Shown: piece by piece, positions 15,444-16,429 of the stretch | Layout of the letters: the number at the start of each line of letters is the position of its first letter | Position numbering within the stretch: the first letter of the stretch is position 1 | Origin: Myxococcales bacterium | GTDB lineage: Bacteria; Myxococcota; Myxococcia; Myxococcales; Anaeromyxobacteraceae | Direction of reading: 5' to 3' | NCBI GenBank assembly: GCA_038320275.1 | Contig: JBBQEB010000081.1 | Coordinates: 1 to 16,429 of the forward strand | DNA: 16,429 nucleotides | Position numbers and translations under genes: made by a program | Notes under the pieces: model-generated | What the model was told of the DNA's origin: nothing | Databases searched by the model: none | The model's input: the letters and a program-made list of their open reading frames with translations, nothing else

Positions 15444-16121
15444 TCACCTCCCCGGCGGTTTCGTCACGGTGTGGCCCGGAACCTCCGATTGCATGCCCTT
15501 CCGTCCTGTCGCGAGGCTGGGTGAAGGCGCTGCGTCCAGGTTCCGGATCACGCGGGCCGGCACGCCACCGGCGAGGACGTTCGGAGGGATCTCGCCCACC
15601 ACCACGCTGCCTGCCGCGATCACGGTGCCCGCGCCTACCTTCGCGCCGGGCAGGACGGTCACGCAGGAGGCGATCCAGGCGCCGTCACCGATGGAGATTG
15701 GGCGCGGGCGCACCGGACCGGCACGATGCTCCGTTGGACCGATGTCATGGTGGGCCGTCGTGAAGACGACGTGGTTACCGACCGTGACATGATTGCCAAT
15801 GCGGATCGTGGTGCTCACGTCGAGAAAGATCGGACCGTTGAGCCAGCAGTATGAACCAACGGTCAGGTTGGCCGCAGCTCCTGGCGGTCCCAGGAGGTGC
15901 AGGCGGCTCGACACGAGCGTGTGTTCGCCGATACCCACCCCGGCGAGCCGGTAGAGAATCGAGCGGGTTCGCGAGAAGGCCATGTCGGGAAGCAGGCGAG
16001 CCAGGCTTTCCAGGCCGAGCTGCCTCCCATCAAGGGCAGCGAATTCGTGCTTGCAGGCAGCTTTGACGCGCGACGGGTCAGGTAAGCGGCGGCGAAGTTC
16101 AGCCCAGGAAGGTTTGCTCAC
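15444..16121 (-). CDS. Hexapeptide-repeat (left-handed beta-helix) sugar O-acyltransferase
   Basis: LTVGSYCWLN, IRIGNHVTVGNHVVFTTAHH, PISIGDGAWIASCVTVLPGAKVGAGTVIAAGSVVVGEIPPNVLAGGVPARVIR. The likely start is GTG at 16121, which overlaps the upstream TGA and has a GAGAGG SD. Confidence 0.9.
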   Translation of the reverse strand: MSKPSWAELRRRLPDPSRVKAACKHEFAALDGRQLGLESLARLLPDMAFSRTRSILYRLAGVGIGEHTLVSSRLHLLGPPGAAANLTVGSYCWLNGPIFLDVSTTIRIGNHVTVGNHVVFTTAHHDIGPTEHRAGPVRPRPISIGDGAWIASCVTVLPGAKVGAGTVIAAGSVVVGEIPPNVLAGGVPARVIRNLDAAPSPSLATGRKGMQSEVPGHTVTKPPGR

Positions 16122-16429
16122 CAGACCCTCTCGCGATCTCTCCAGGACCCGCCCACGAACACGAGTATCTCGTGGACGGGCGGACCCACGCCTGCAGTCT
16201 CGCCTTGGGCCAACCCGCGGACACCCGTGAAAGCCTCCCAGGTTCGAGACCGCCAGTCGACGCGCGCTTCCCCGGTCGAAAGGATCCGCCCGCGGTTGGC
16301 GCCGGTGGCGGTCACGCCTCCGGAGAGGCTGCCCGTGAGGGTCCACTCCCGCTCCACCCGCCAGGCCGCTGTGGCAGAGCCCATGAGCTGCTCGTCCGCA
16401 GTCCCGGTGGTCCGGTCGACGAGGGGCGA
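16118..16429 (-). CDS. C-terminal part of a probable outer-membrane beta-barrel, EpsX/Wzp-like polysaccharide export porin (5' end outside window)
   Basis: The frame is open to the window edge: SPLVDRTTGTADEQLMGSATAAWRVEREWTLTGSLSGGVT...LSTGEARVDWRSRTWEAFTGVRGLAQ...ILVFVGGSWRDRERVW*. It shows alternating amphipathic strands, girdle Trp residues and a terminal aromatic residue, within a polysaccharide locus. Confidence 0.55.
   Translation of the reverse strand, partial: SPLVDRTTGTADEQLMGSATAAWRVEREWTLTGSLSGGVTATGANRGRILSTGEARVDWRSRTWEAFTGVRGLAQGETAGVGPPVHEILVFVGGSWRDRERVW

Noticed and set aside
16122..16346. 75-aa N-terminal extension of the acyltransferase shown in the ORF track
   Set aside because: It overlaps the upstream barrel-like CDS in another frame and is Arg-rich. 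GTG at 16121 has an SD and a stop/start overlap.
1..16429. CRISPR array, transposase/integrase, defence or toxin-antitoxin genes
   Set aside because: No regularly spaced repeats were seen. Nearly all coding space is explained by the listed genes, and intergenic gaps are about 200 bp or less.

Overview
High-GC window whose genes and codon style suggest a myxobacterium (Anaeromyxobacter-like; inferred, not proven). The left ~10 kb is core housekeeping: pyrD (truncated by the window edge), an unusually short dipeptidyl-peptidase-IV (S9B) gene that appears to have lost two large internal blocks in frame, rimI, a SurA-like exported protein, a CbpA/DnaJ class-B chaperone, a HEAT-repeat protein, plsB, a family I acyl-CoA:acetate CoA-transferase and a HisN/inositol-monophosphatase-family phosphatase. 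From ~10.2 kb it contains part of a polysaccharide locus resembling the Myxococcus xanthus eps system in a different gene order: an EpsU-like GT2, an EcpK/WzeX-like tyrosine pseudokinase, an EpsB-like GH44 and a GT4, converging on a hexapeptide O-acyltransferase and the C-terminus of a probable EpsX-like outer-membrane beta-barrel. No CRISPR array, intact tRNA/rRNA or transposase was seen. The most unusual items are the deleted, non-catalytic S9 remnant coupled to pyrD, a recurring '-10 box + 6 nt + start codon' leaderless architecture, and a structured 200-bp junction before the polysaccharide genes. I did not find a clearly new biological system.
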